Source: Eledone cirrhosa
Lineage: Eukaryota
Direction of reading: 5' to 3'
NCBI GenBank assembly: GCA_964016885.1
Contig: OZ024741.1
Coordinates: 366,854,001-366,918,000, forward strand
Length of the DNA: 64,000 bases
Shown: positions 31,534 through 44,400 of the stretch, piece after piece
Layout of the letters: each line of letters starts with the position of its first letter
Numbering within the stretch: the stretch's first letter is position 1
Notes under the pieces: generated by a model
Seen by the model: only the letters and a program-made list of their open reading frames with translations
What the model was told of the DNA's origin: nothing
Database searches by the model: none
Position numbers and translations under genes: made by a program

Positions 31534-32013
31534 GTCAACCCAAACCTTGAAGTGAAATTGGATACATATAATCTGTTTTGAAGCTTGTTGGATGGACTGT
31601 AACTGTAATTCAAATGGCCAGTCTTGTCACACACTGTCCTGTTAAATCTCTCTGAGAATTACATAAGAATTACACATCTGTTACACATTAATTCAGGAGC
31701 AGACAGTTCCTTTAATCAAATCAACTAGAACATTCATTGTTGAAACTGATGGAGGTCCATTCCAGATGTTATTTTTGCTGATATTTCGCTCCCAAGTCAG
31801 CCGTGTTAAGAAGATCTAAGATGAAAAACATTCTAGCTGTGACCATTTCATCTTTTTTTTTTTGTTTTGTTTTGTTTTAGGAATATCTGGAAAATAAACT
31901 AATGAAAGGGGTAATTAATTGTCTTCCACCATACCTTTGAGCCAACCATATCCTTGAAAGTGAAACTGTAAAAATTCATTAGTGGTATTATTCCTTGTTT
32001 TGGAGTGGTAGAC

Positions 32014-32240
32014 TTAACCTTTAACCAATGATTTTTAAATCATTTTGAAAATAATCAAAAAGGGATTTAGTAAAATAGAAATTTTCTCATTATTAAGCTT
32101 GTGTTTGGAACATAACTTAACAAGGGTTCTTACATAAAATTATGATGGAAGGTTTTTAGATAAATAAAACACTTTAAAACAAAGAGTGTTGTATTGTAGA
32201 ACCAGCAATTGTTTCAAGTGGTTTGGTATCAAAGGGTTAA
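32014..32240. mobile_element. piggyBac-type MITE family 2
   Basis: TTAA-cctttaa ... tcaaaggg-TTAA. Confidence 0.75.
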
Positions 32241-33368
32241 TCCATTCACCTTGGTTAACATCACCACCCCACCTAGCTGTTGAGTGCCTTTGGTAGAGTC
32301 CACTCTGTTGCAAATGTTCAGAACAGGTTTCCAGTCTAAATCTAACTTCTTTTTGTTCCCTACCAGAAAGGTGTGTAGCCTAGTGCTTATGGTGTTGCAC
32401 TTAAGGTCATAATATTGTGGGTTCCTGGACCAGGTGAGCCATTGTATTCTGGTCACATTACACATTACTCCAATCAGTTCAGCTGGAAATGAGTCCCAGC
32501 AATATCTGGGGGTAACTCTGCAATAGACTGGCATCCTGTCCAGGAGTGAAATGTGTACTCTAAAGTGCTTGAAACCAGGATAAGCTATGATTTGATGAGC
32601 CTCCAAACTTGGAACAGATTTCAAACTTTAGCGCTTACTTTTCCACTGAAGATTTCAACCCTTTGGCCACCAAGAAGTCATGCAATGCTATCATTAGTTT
32701 CAATGTGTGCTATGGCACATACCCAAGATGTGATGCAGAAGGATCAAACCTGGGACCTTGTTATTTCCCAGGGAACTTCTTAAACATTAAGCCATGCTAG
32801 CATCCAGATTCACTTCCCAGACCTAAGAGGAATGGGCACAATTATGAACTGTTTGCCAGCAGTTGAACTTCCAAACAGGAAACCCAGCAAACCATTTGTA
32901 AATTAAATACTAACTGTTCTGGCATACAACCAAGATATATTCCTCCTTCTCTCTGCTTTCTCCCTCTTTCTTTTCCTCACTCACTGGTTTGGTAGAAAAG
33001 CCTAAATAGATATGCTGCCAATCATAAGATATCTTCTGGAATTTTCATTGAAGAATTTTTAGTTTATTCATTTACTCTTTTACTGGTTTCAGCCATTAGA
33101 CAATAGCAATGTTGTGGCGCTGCTTTGATTTAGTCAATCATGTTGACCTCAGTATATATTTTTTAAAGTCAGGTACTTATTTCATCAATCTCTGTTTGTC
33201 AAACTGCTAAGTTACAGGATATAAACATAAACACAGACACACACATATGTATGAGCAAGACACAGTTATCTGATCTGACTTGCCTCACAATAGAACAACT
33301 CATTTAATCCATGCTAGCATGGAAAAATGGACATTAAAGGGTGACGATAATGATGATACATATATATG

Positions 33369-33432
<64 letters not shown>

Positions 33433-33438
<6 letters not shown>

Positions 33439-33834
33439 AGCGACACCTGCCATGTGCTTGGAGACAGCTATGCAGAGTTACCTACACATAGCTCTGACGT
33501 CACCAAAAATATTTCTCTCTCCGGCGGTGACTTGCGAAGAGACAACACGCATAATTTTGGAGCTGACTTCTGCCTATGAAGAGATAAGTCCTGCCTTCTC
33601 TCTCTCTTCTTTATACGCTCCAGTCTTGGAGTCAAGACCAACTCATCAACTACACCATCACAACACGTGGTAAAGTATTTCTATTGTGTTACTATTGACT
33701 CCTGTGATATAAAACTTTGTAAAACACGCACCAGCCATTCTATTCTTTTTAATATTATTATAAGTAATATATACACCAATACCAGTCATCTAAAGTGGTG
33801 ACCCTGACGTGATTCGAACACGCAGCCTTCTGAT
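33433..33834 (+). mobile_element. LTR-like segment followed by an extended tRNA-Trp primer-binding sequence, inside (TA)n
   Basis: 33796-33834 tggtgaccctgacgtgattcgaacacgcagccttctgat is the reverse complement of the eukaryotic tRNA-Trp 3' half including CCA; LTR termini are degenerate. Confidence 0.7.
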
Positions 33835-33954
33835 ATATATATATAAGTAGTTCCACAACAGTTAGTTTACCATTATCGGGGACAATTATTTCACTAAATT
33901 CATCCCATGGACTGAGTGCTGTACTGCTACCGATATAACCCACCAGTGTTCTAC

Positions 33955-34014
<60 letters not shown>

Positions 34015-34021
<7 letters not shown>

Positions 34022-34742
34022 TATGTACACGTACATACATATATGTATACAGACATACAGTAGTATGTATACATATATACATACATGCACACATATATAT
34101 ATGTACGTACCGCTTAATACGGGATGTTTGTTTGCAAACACACCGAGCATTATAATAAATGTTCGGTGAATCCATACGTACATATATATATGTGTGCATG
34201 TATGTATATATATATACTACTGTACGTCGGTATACATATATGTATGTACGTGTACATACTTATATTTAAGTAACAGCCGTACTAAGAGTGGGAAATGAAA
34301 TTTCGTTTCATTTTTTCCGTTTATCGTTTTCGGTGCACCTGGCCGATTAACCCACTCGATATGCAAATTGGGTTACTCAGCCGTTAATATGCATAAGGTA
34401 AGTATATACGTTCTACAATCTGGCAGGAAGGTATACGTTGCTGACGATAGCTAATAAGCTTGAAACTAGTACAGCATTCCTTTGTCAGTGTTGAACAAAC
34501 GAGCAACGATGGTTGCTAGACACTACGGCTTAATACGGGATGTTTGTTTACAAACACTCCGAGCATTATAATAAATGTTCGGTGAATCCATACGTACATA
34601 TATATATATGTGGGCATGTATGTATATATATATATACACACTACTGTACGTCTGTATAAATATATGTATGTACATGTACATACTTATATTTAAGTAACAG
34701 CCATACTAAGAGTGGGAAATGAAATTGTGTTTCATTTTTTAT

Positions 34743-34748
<6 letters not shown>
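34015..34748 (+). mobile_element. Retrozyme/Penelope-pLTR-like element, 416-bp unit (~1.5 copies) with inverted 5' segment, in (TA)n
   Basis: gcttaatacgggatg at 34112 and 34528; 34015-34109 is the reverse complement of ~34176-34265; central hammerhead. Confidence 0.82.
34435..34477 (+). ncRNA. Minimal type I hammerhead ribozyme
   Basis: ACGTTG CTGACGA TAGCT aata AGCTT GAAA CTAG TA CAGCAT. Confidence 0.82.
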
Positions 34749-34782
<34 letters not shown>

Positions 34783-35079
34783 CGTAATCCACTTGGTTGT
34801 GGTGGGACTGATAATGTTGTGGGAACTTTAGTGTTTCTGAAGAGGACAGCTTATTGAACAGGGATTTCCAGACTAGAAATAGATAGTAACTTAACCACTA
34901 CCATGATAGTCGATAAATCAATCTCCTTCAATCAATCGACCCCCTAAAATGATCATAAAACAATGAACTGCATACCTACACCAGTTTTCTGTTTTTATTA
35001 TTCACGAATACATATTTGTATATATATATATGTATATATATATAAATGTTCTCAACACCAGCAGTAGCAAGCGGTGGGA

Positions 35080-35132
35080 GGGACTGTTCTGATGAAGACC
35101 AGTCAAGTCTGAAACGCATAGACGGTTGTCCC
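35080..35132 (+). ncRNA. Minimal type I hammerhead ribozyme
   Basis: ACTGTT CTGATGA AGAC cagtcaa GTCT GAAA CGCA TA GACGGT; stem III has a mismatch (ACGCAT instead of ACGCGT). Confidence 0.7.
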
Positions 35133-35380
35133 CCTTGCTTCTGCTGAACCCTACCAGAGGGCGTTAGCCCCAGTTTTTGCATAGTTACGGCTTCCTAAAT
35201 AGCGTGTTTCTTTAGAAATACGAAGTTTCTATACATATTTGTATACAGCTATGCCTGAAGCTAAATCCTATTTCTATATATATATATATATTTAAATGTA
35301 TAAGAAAAAACAAAAATGCTAAGGTAATGTTTCTCCATAGTGTGATGGTAAGCATTTGACTTGACCGTTTGGAAGCAGAA

Positions 35381-35510
35381 ATATATGAAGATATGTACGG
35401 ATAAAATTTGTTTGTGTGGCTCCAGGTGGAAGATCAATTATATAATTACTCTGTGATCTTCCACCTGGATCCACACAAAAACATTTTTATCTGCACATAT
35501 CTTCATATAT
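35381..35510. repeat. Inverted repeat with ~56-bp arms
   Basis: atatatgaagatatg...ccaggtggaagatca / tgatcttccacctgg...catatcttcatatat. Confidence 0.85.
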
Positions 35511-35789
35511 ATGTGTGTGTGTGTGTGTGTGTATGTGAGTGTGGTGTTTTTGTGTGTGTATGTGTGTGTGCATGAATATATATATATGCTTCAATGGATG
35601 TGCAATGTTAATGTATATGAATGGTGACCTGGGAAGTGATGATAAGAGGTGATCTCAAATTGCTGAACCTCACAGAGGAGACGATGAAGGAATGTAATGA
35701 GTGGGGGAATACTATACTGATAAAGATCCATGGTACCTATAAAACCATGGAAACACAGGCGTAAAATGATGATGATATATATACATCAT

Positions 35790-35992
35790 GACAAAAAGCA
35801 CCCAGCCCACACTGTAAATGTGGTTGGCCTTAGGAAGGGCATCCAGCTGTAGAAACCTGCCAGAAACAGTTCTATGTGAGTAAGACATGGTCACCTGACC
35901 TAACTTGCCTCTAATGGCACAACCCATCTAACCCATGTTAGCATGGAAAATGGACGTCAAATGATAATGATGAGGATGATGATGATGATGAT
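35790..35992 (+). mobile_element. SINE 3' part with RTE-like tail and (ATG)n
   Basis: taggaagggcatccagctgtagaaa ... aacccatgttagcatggaaaatggacgtcaaatgat; relatives at ~39605-39770 (-), ~50510-50830, ~60175-60350 and ~63315-63470. Confidence 0.75.
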
Positions 35993-36032
35993 ATGAGGAG
36001 CATCTGCAGTTTCTGTCTGCCAAATTTCCCCC

Positions 36033-36261
36033 TTAACCTTTTAGCATTTACATTACTCTATATTTACTATTGTATTTTTGTGGTAAAGGTTTTATCTTAC
36101 ATAATTATCTCATATAACAGCGAATCTATGAGATTTTGATGTTATTTATTTTGAGAACAACACCTTAACATCAGTATGAGCAGCCAGTTATGGCCAGTTT
36201 GAACAGAAAGAGGTAAGAAAATTCTGGCTGGATATGGCCAGTTTAAATGCTAAAGCATTAA
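36033..36261 (+). mobile_element. piggyBac-type MITE family 1
   Basis: TTAA-ccttttagcattta ... taaatgctaaagca-TTAA. Confidence 0.85.
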
Positions 36262-36643
36262 CTCATTGGTCAACCTCAATCCAAAACTATAGTAGAAGAC
36301 ACTTGCCCAAGGTGCCGTACAAAGTTACCTATCTTAGATCTCAGAACTACAAAGTTGTAAAGCAAACTCCTTAATAATTGTTTCTACTTTTGGGCACAAG
36401 GCCAGCAATTACCCAGTGCATTACTGGTACTTTATTTTATCGACCCCGTAAGGATGAAATGCAATAATAATATAACCATGCCTGCATCTATCATCTGGAA
36501 TTTCCATTGAAGATTTTTTTTTGTTTGTTTACTTTGAAGAATTTTTCAATTTATTTATCTTTTTTTATTTTTTTTAATTATCATTTGTATTTTTCTGATG
36601 CAGGATAATAACTGTTATCTTTATTCCATTCATTATTTTGATA

Positions 36644-36865
36644 GGGCGGTGGATTGGCAGTTTCTGTAGAGGGTCAGACACCATGCTTTGCAGCATAGAA
36701 TTATGGCTTTATGATCGATCTGAGTTCAAATCCCGCCGAGATTAACTTTGCCTTTCCTCCTTATGGGGTCGATAAAATAAAGTACCAGTCCTGTACTGGG
36801 ACTGATTTAATCGACTTTCCCCCACCCCAAAATTGCTGGCCTTGTGCCTATATAAGAAACCATTA
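36644..36865 (+). mobile_element. Full-length SINE family A
   Basis: gggcggtggattggcag head, gagttcaaatccc B box, ggggtcgataaaataaagtaccag. Confidence 0.85.
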
Positions 36866-37839
36866 GTTTGATATAGAAAATTTTCTCAATTTAGAGTTTG
36901 CAATTTATTCAACTATCATTATAGTTATCTGCAATGTGGCAACTATATGTTCAAATTTCAAATTTTCTGTTTCTTTGTAAGCCAACTAGACTTGTTTACA
37001 CTACTTGTTAATTTGTTTTATTTTTTGTTTTTATTTATGTTTTATTTATTTTTTATAATTTTAAACTAATTAATATCAGCGCTTAATTTAACATTATTTG
37101 CATTTTCAGAAGCGTGCCTTGCTGTATGTGTGCATATGGGGATTATACATGTGTGTGTGTAGATGTGTACAGTTATGTGAATGCATGTGTATGTGTATGT
37201 GTGTATGATGTGAGTGTATATGTATTTGTGTGTGTGCATGTGTCGATGTATGCATATATATATATATATGTGTATATATATATATGCATATATATTTATA
37301 TATATATATATTTATATATATATATATACATATATGTATACATATATATCTACATACATATCTACATACATGTGTGTGTAGCATATATGTGTGTATGTAT
37401 GTATATATATATATGTGTGTGTGTGTGTTTATATGTGTACATATGAGTGTGTGTAGGTGTATGAGTGTATTTGTGTGTGTATGTTTATGTGTGTGTATGC
37501 ATGTGTGTGTATGTTGTCTGATAAATACCAGTCAAAACAAGACTCACAGACAAGCTTCAGGATTTTCAGCCAATTCCTGAGATAAGTCTACATAAAATGG
37601 AGTTAGGGAAAATGTGTAACTGCTGATAGTAGTGTTGCTGTACTGATATGTTTCCTGCCACTACCACTACCACTGCCACCACCACTACCACCATGCCACT
37701 ACCACTACTACTACCAGAGCTACTACCACTACCACTACCACTACGTCAGCCACTACCACTACTACTACCACAACCACTACCACTACTACTGCCACTACCA
37801 CCACAGCCACTACCACTACCATTATATTTACCTGCGTTT

Positions 37840-38400
37840 TAACATCATATCCTTTGAAATAGTCACCTTACACAGCAATACACCTACCCCAGCGTTCCAA
37901 CCACTTTGGGAATCCAGATGGAACTCGTTTTCTGTAAGCAAATCGAGGACCTCTGTGATTCACTCTGGATCTTGGCAACAGTGTTAAAACAGTGACCTTT
38001 GAGCTGCATTTTCAGCTTGGAGAAGAGATGGAAGTCCAGAGGTGCTAAATCTGGTGAATAGGCCAGGTGTAGGAGCAATACAATGTTGTTTTGGGTGAGA
38101 AACTCACTAGTGAGGAAAGCTCAGTGCCAGGGTGCATTGTCGTTGTGAAGAATCCAATTCGTCACGCTCCACAAATCTGATTACTTTTGCCAAACGTCTC
38201 CTTCAAATGCCTCAAAACGTTGCTGTAGAACTCTTGATAGATGGTCCGGCCCTGGAGGATGAATTCTCAATCCACAATACCAGAGATGTCGACAAAAAAT
38301 GATGAGCATGCTCTTGATTGAGCTGTGACTTTGTCCTGCCTTCTTCGGTTGTGGAGATGAAGGGCTTTTCCACTGTGTCGACTGCTGTGCACTGTGCATT
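37840..38400 (-). pseudogene. Mariner transposase remnant
   Basis: YSPDLAPLDFHLFSKLKMQLKG motif; QWKSPSSPQPKK...KSMLIIF segment; frameshifted. Confidence 0.85.
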
Positions 38401-38440
38401 ACAGAAACCTTTCAATATCACCTCATATATATATATATAT

Positions 38441-38730
38441 AAATTAGGTAGTAACATGTGCTTATGCCATATTTGACTACATAGTGTTAGTCTGTTAGTT
38501 GGGATTTTAAAAAATCCTCTGAATAGAAAAAAGGATGAGTATTGACGTACATGGGACACAAACCCACATCTTTGGTTTGCCGGACCAATGTGTTACCAAA
38601 GATGTGGGTTTGTGTCCCATGTACGTCAATACTCATCCTTTTTTCCATTCAGAGGGTTTTTTAAAATCCCAACTAACAGACTAATTCTATTTAGTCAAAT
38701 ACAACATAAGCACATGTTACTACCTGATTT
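38441..38730. repeat. Foldback inverted repeat with ~136-bp arms and an 18-bp spacer
   Basis: 38441-38576 is the near-perfect reverse complement of 38595-38730; abuts (TA)n. Confidence 0.92.
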
Positions 38731-39099
38731 TCAAATTCGCTACCCATTTCTAAACAAAGCCTGCTTTGTCTCTCCCTATTTATATACATATGTATATACA
38801 TATAAGACATCTTTGGTTTTCATCTTCCAAATTTCACTCATCAGACATTAGTCAACTCAAGGTTACAGTAGAAAACACTTGCTCAAAGTACCACATAGAG
38901 GAACTGAACTTGAAACCATGTGGTTGTGAAACAAACTCTGTAACCACACAACACAGCCATGCCTACACCATATTTATTCCTTCATATATTCATTCATTTA
39001 CTTTTTTACGTTTTACAAATTTTATCATACCATTCTTTTAAAGTTGTCATCTGGATACAATTTCCTTGTGTTTCTTATTTACTTATTTATTTATTTATT

Positions 39100-39517
39100 T
39101 TAAACCTTTTGATATCAAACTGTCTGAATCTGCCAGGGATTCTACAAACAAAGCTGTTTATTCTAAGGTGTTTATATTTACATAAAAAATGTTCATTCTA
39201 ATTTTGTGTAAGATCCATTGTTAAGTTTATGCTTGAAGCATTAACTTAATAAGAAAATTGATTATATTATTGAATCCTTCTTGAGTTCAAATCTCGCCAA
39301 GGTTAACTTTGTCTTTCATCCTTACGGGGTCGATAAAATAAAGCACCAGTAACATACCGGGGTCGATTTAATCGACTTTTCCCTCCCCCAAAATTACTGG
39401 CCTTGTGCCTATACTAGAAATCATTATTAAATCCTTCTAAATTTTTGGTTACCTTCAAAATTATTTGAAAATCAGAGGCAGTATTTTTCATTAGAAATAT
39501 GGCAACAAAAGGGTTAA
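39100..39517. mobile_element. piggyBac-type MITE family 2 with a nested SINE A (~39281-39428)
   Basis: ttaa-accttttgatatcaaac ... caaaaggg-TTAA. Confidence 0.7.
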
Positions 39518-40447
39518 TCACTCAACCATGCCTATGATGATATCTATCAATAGAATGTGCAGTGTTTCAGAAAAGTGTTGTTTACTGTGCTTTGTACATC
39601 AGCATCATCATCATCATCATCGTTTAACGTCCATCTTCCATGCTTGCATGGGTTTGGATGGGAATTTTCTCACTTGAGGCAAGATTGGTTGTCTTGCTCG
39701 TATAGGACTGTCTGGCGGGTTTTCTACAGCTGGATGCCTTTCCTAACACCAACCACGTTTACAGTGTGGACTGGGAGGTTTTTACCGTGTTACCTACATG
39801 GCCACATTACAGCGTGGACTGTGTGTTTTTTTGTTGTGACACCTACACGACCTCATTTGTTTCAGACTGGATGTTGTGGTACCAACATAACTTTACATCG
39901 AAAGGGGTGGTGTGGATGGGTGGGGGTAGTGGGACGGGGGTGTATTTTTGTTAGAGGTGCCTACTGACTGTAGGTTTCGCTTTGTAAGTGTCTGAATTAG
40001 CAAACTATTTACAACATCAGTACACCTTTTAGTATTTCTTCTGGCTCTCTGTGTTCTGAGTTCAAATCTTATTGAAGTCAACTTTACCTTTTATCCTATT
40101 AGGGTAAAAAATACCAGTCTAGGACAATGAATTGGTGAAATTGTCAGAGCATTGAATGAGATGCCTTGCAATATCTGCCCTGGCTTTTTATCCTCTGAAT
40201 TTATATTGTGTTCTGAGTTTAAATGGCAGACTTGTTAGAGCATTGGATTAAATGTATTTGTTCCCGATTTCTTCGCTAAGAATACAAAATCTCAAAAATC
40301 AAATTTGCCTTTCATCCTTCCAAGGTCGATAAATAAAGTACCAGTCTAGGGACAATGAATTGGTGGAATTAAAATAAGTAGATAGGCACTGTGTGGAAGC
40401 CTGTTGAAAAGCGCATCCCTGTTCTTCTGTGGCAGTCATCACTCAGT

Positions 40448-40896
40448 GTAACCCTTTCGTTATCATATTTTTAATGAAAGGCATTGCCTATTATTTTCAA
40501 ATCATTTTGAAAATAATGAAGTATCTGGAAAAATTTAGTAATATAACTAACTTTCTCATTATTAAGATAGATACTGTTTGGAACTTAATTTAACAAAGGT
40601 TCTTACATAAAATTATGATGGAAGTCTTTTGAATAAATACAAACACTTAACACTTTAGCATTATATACTATTCTATTTTTGTGGTAAAGGCTTTATCTTA
40701 CGTAATTATCTCACATAATATTGAATCTACAAGCTTTTGGTGTCATTTATTTAGAGAACAATACCTTAACGTCAGTCTGAACAGAAAGAGGTGTGGGAAT
40801 TCTGGCTGGATATGGTTGGTTTAAAGGGTTAAATCAGACAATTTTGAATTGTAAAACAAGGAGCACTTTCAGGCAGTTTGATATCAAAAGAGTTAA
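40448..40896. mobile_element. MITE family 2 with MITE family 1 (40647-40832) nested at a TTAA
   Basis: Outer gtaa-ccctttcg ... caaaagag-TTAA; inner TTAA-cactttagc ... aaaggg-TTAA. Confidence 0.75.
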
Positions 40897-41404
40897 CATC
40901 ACCACTTGACTCTTTTCTGCTGTTTCTATATGGTTGCGCAACTTGTTAAAAATAGCAACCAGATTGAATTCTACCACCCTAAAAAAGGGACAAACGATAC
41001 ATTGGATTATGTATTCTTAGATTGTCCTAAAATAACAGGAGTGCCTTGATTGTAATGCCTACTGTATGCTATAGGAATCTTTGATTAAAGTTGATCATAC
41101 TCTCAAAGTTGGCTTAAAAACCAATGATAATTACATAAATACGAAAAGTGGGAAGAGGTAAAGAAGAGCAGATCTGGCTGTATAGTAAAGTAGAGGAAAG
41201 GACTATAAATGAGAGGAAAAGGAGGGACAAACAAGGACTCTTGGGCCACAGAAGAAAGGGAGTGGGAGGGGGGAGGGGACGATGGCTTCTGGACCTACGA
41301 TAGGGTGGCATTTGGGCCATGTCCCGTGGATGGAGCTGCAAAAGTATGTTTTCATTTTTTTTTTTTCATTTTTTGGCGTTGCTTTATTTCTTCTTTATCC
41401 ATAG

Positions 41405-44400
41405 CACTTCATTGTTCTTTCATACTTCCATTACTGCATACTTACTTTCTGTTACACTTCAACTCTTTCATACTTCCATTCCTGTATACTTACTTTCTGT
41501 TATACTTCCACTCTTTCGTAATTCCGTTCCAACATACTTACTTTCTGTTATACTTCCACGCTTTCATACTTCCATTCCTGCATACTTACTTTCTGTTACA
41601 CTTCAACTCTTTCAGAATTCCATTCCTGCATACTTACTTTCTGTTATACTTCCACTCTTTCATACTTCCATTACTGCATACTTACTTTCTGTTATACTTC
41701 CACTCTTTCATACTTCCATTACTGCATACTTACTTTCTGTTATACTTCCACTCTTTCATACTTCCATTCCTGTATACTTACTTTCTGTTATACTTCCACT
41801 CTTTCATAATTCCATTCCAGCATACTTACTTTCTGTTATACTTCCACTCTTTCATACTTCCATTCCTGCATACTTACTTTCTGTTATACTTCCACTCTTT
41901 CATACTTCCATTCCTGCATACTTAATTTCTGTTATACTTCCACTCTTTCATACTTCCATTCCTGCATACTTACTTTCTGTTATACTTCCACTCTTTCATA
42001 CTTCCATTCTTGCATACTTACGTTCTGTTATACTTCCACTCTTTCATACTTCTATTCCTGCATACCTACTTTCTGTTATACTTCCACTCTTTCATACTTT
42101 CATTCCTGCATACTTACTTTCTGTTATACTTCCACTCTTTCATACTTCCATTCTTGCATACTTACTTTCTGTTATACTTCCACTCTTTCATGCTTCCATT
42201 CCTGCATACTTACTTTCTGTTATACTTCCACTCTTTCATACTTCCATTCTTGCATACTTACTTTATGTTATACTTCCACTCTTTCATGCTTCTATTCCTG
42301 CATACTTACTTTCTGTTATACTTCCACTCTTTCATACTTCCATTCCTGCATACATACTTTCTGTTATACTTCCACTCTTTCATACTTCCATTCCTGCATA
42401 CCTACTTTCTGTTATACTTCCACTCTTTCATAATTCCATTTCTGCATACTTACTTTCTGTTATACTTCCACTCTTTCATACTTCCATTCCTGCATACCTA
42501 CTTTCTGTTATACTTCCACTCTTTCATACTTCCATTCCTGCATACATACTTTCTGTTATACTTCCACGCTTTCATACTTCCATTCCTGCATACTTACTTT
42601 CTGTTATACTTCCACTCTTTCATACTTCTATTGCTGCATACCTACTTTCTGTTATACTTCCACTCTTTCATGCTTCCATTCCTGCATACTTACTTTCTGT
42701 TATACTTCCACTCTTTCATAATTCCATTCCTGCATACTTACTTTATGTTATACTTCCACTCTTTCATACTTCCATTCCTGCATACTTACTTTCTGTTATA
42801 CTTCCACTCTTTCATACTTCCATTCCTGCATACTTACTTTCTGTTATACTTCCACTCTTTCATAATTGCATTCCTGCATACTTACTTTCTGTTATACTTC
42901 CACTCTTTCATACTTCCATTCCTGCATACTTACTTTCTGTTATACTTCAACTCTTTCATGCTTCCATTCCTGCATACTTACTTTCTGTTATACTTCCACT
43001 CTTTCATACTTCCATTCCTGCATACTTACTTTCTGTTACACTTCAACTCTTTCAGAATTCCATTACTGCCTACCTACTTTCTGTTATACTTCCACTCTTT
43101 CATAATTCCATTCCTGCATACTTACTTTCTGTTATACTTCCACTCTTTCATACTTCCATTCCTGCATACTTACTTTCTGTTATACTTCCACTCTTTCATA
43201 ATTCCATTCCTGCATACTTTCTTTCTGTTATACTTCCACTCTTTCATACTTCCATTTCTGCATACTTACTTTCTGTTATACTTCCACTCTTTCATAATTC
43301 CATTCCTGCATACTTACTTTCTGTTATACTTCCACTCTTTCATACTTCCATTCCTGCATACTTACTTTCTGTTATACTTCCACTCTTTCATACTTCCATT
43401 CCTGCATACCTACTTTCTGTTATACGTCCACTCTTTCATACTTCCATTCCTGCATACTTACTTTCTGTTATACTTCCACTTTTTCATACTTCCATACCTG
43501 CATACTTACTTTCTGTTATACTTCCATTCCTGCATACATACTTTCTGTTATACTTCCACTCTTTCATACTTCCATTCTTGCATACTTACTTCTGTTATAC
43601 TTCCACTCTTTCATACTTCCATTCCTGCATACTTACCTTCTGTTATACTTCCACTCTTTCATACTTCCATTCCTGCATACTTACTTTCTGTTATACTTCC
43701 ACTCTTTCATAATTGCATTCCTGCATACTTACTTTCTGTTATACTTCCATTACTGCATACTTACTTTCTGTTATACTTCCACTCTTTCATAATTCCATTC
43801 CTGCATACATACTTTCTGTTATACTTCCGCGCTTTCCTACTTCCATTCCTGCATACCTACTTTCTGTTATACTTCCACTCTTTCAAACTTCCAGTCCTGC
43901 ATACTTACTTTCTGTTATACTTCCACTTTTTCATACTTCCATACCTGCATACTTACTTTCTGTTATACTTCCATTCCTGCATACATACTTTCTGTTATAC
44001 TTCCACTCTTTCATACTTCCATTCCTGCATACTTACTTTCTGTTATACTTCCACTCTTTCATAATTGCATACCTGCATACTTACTTTCTGTTATACTTTC
44101 ACTCTTTCATACTTCCATTCCTGCATACTTACTTTCTGTTATACTTCCACTCTTTTATAATTCCATTCCTGCATACCTGCATTCTTACTTTCTGTTATAC
44201 TTCCATTACTGCATACTTACTTTCTGTTATACTTCCACTCTTTCATACTTCCATTCCTGCATACTTACTTTCAGTTATACTTCCACTCTTTCATACTTCC
44301 ATTCCTGCATACTTACTTTCTGTTATACTTCCACTCTTTCATAATTGCATTCCTGCATACTTACTTTCTGTTATACTTCCACTCTTTCATACTTCCATTC

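Noticed and set aside
33796-33834. tRNA-Trp gene
   Set aside because: Only the 3' half is present and it includes the post-transcriptional CCA, so it is a reverse-transcribed copy rather than a gene
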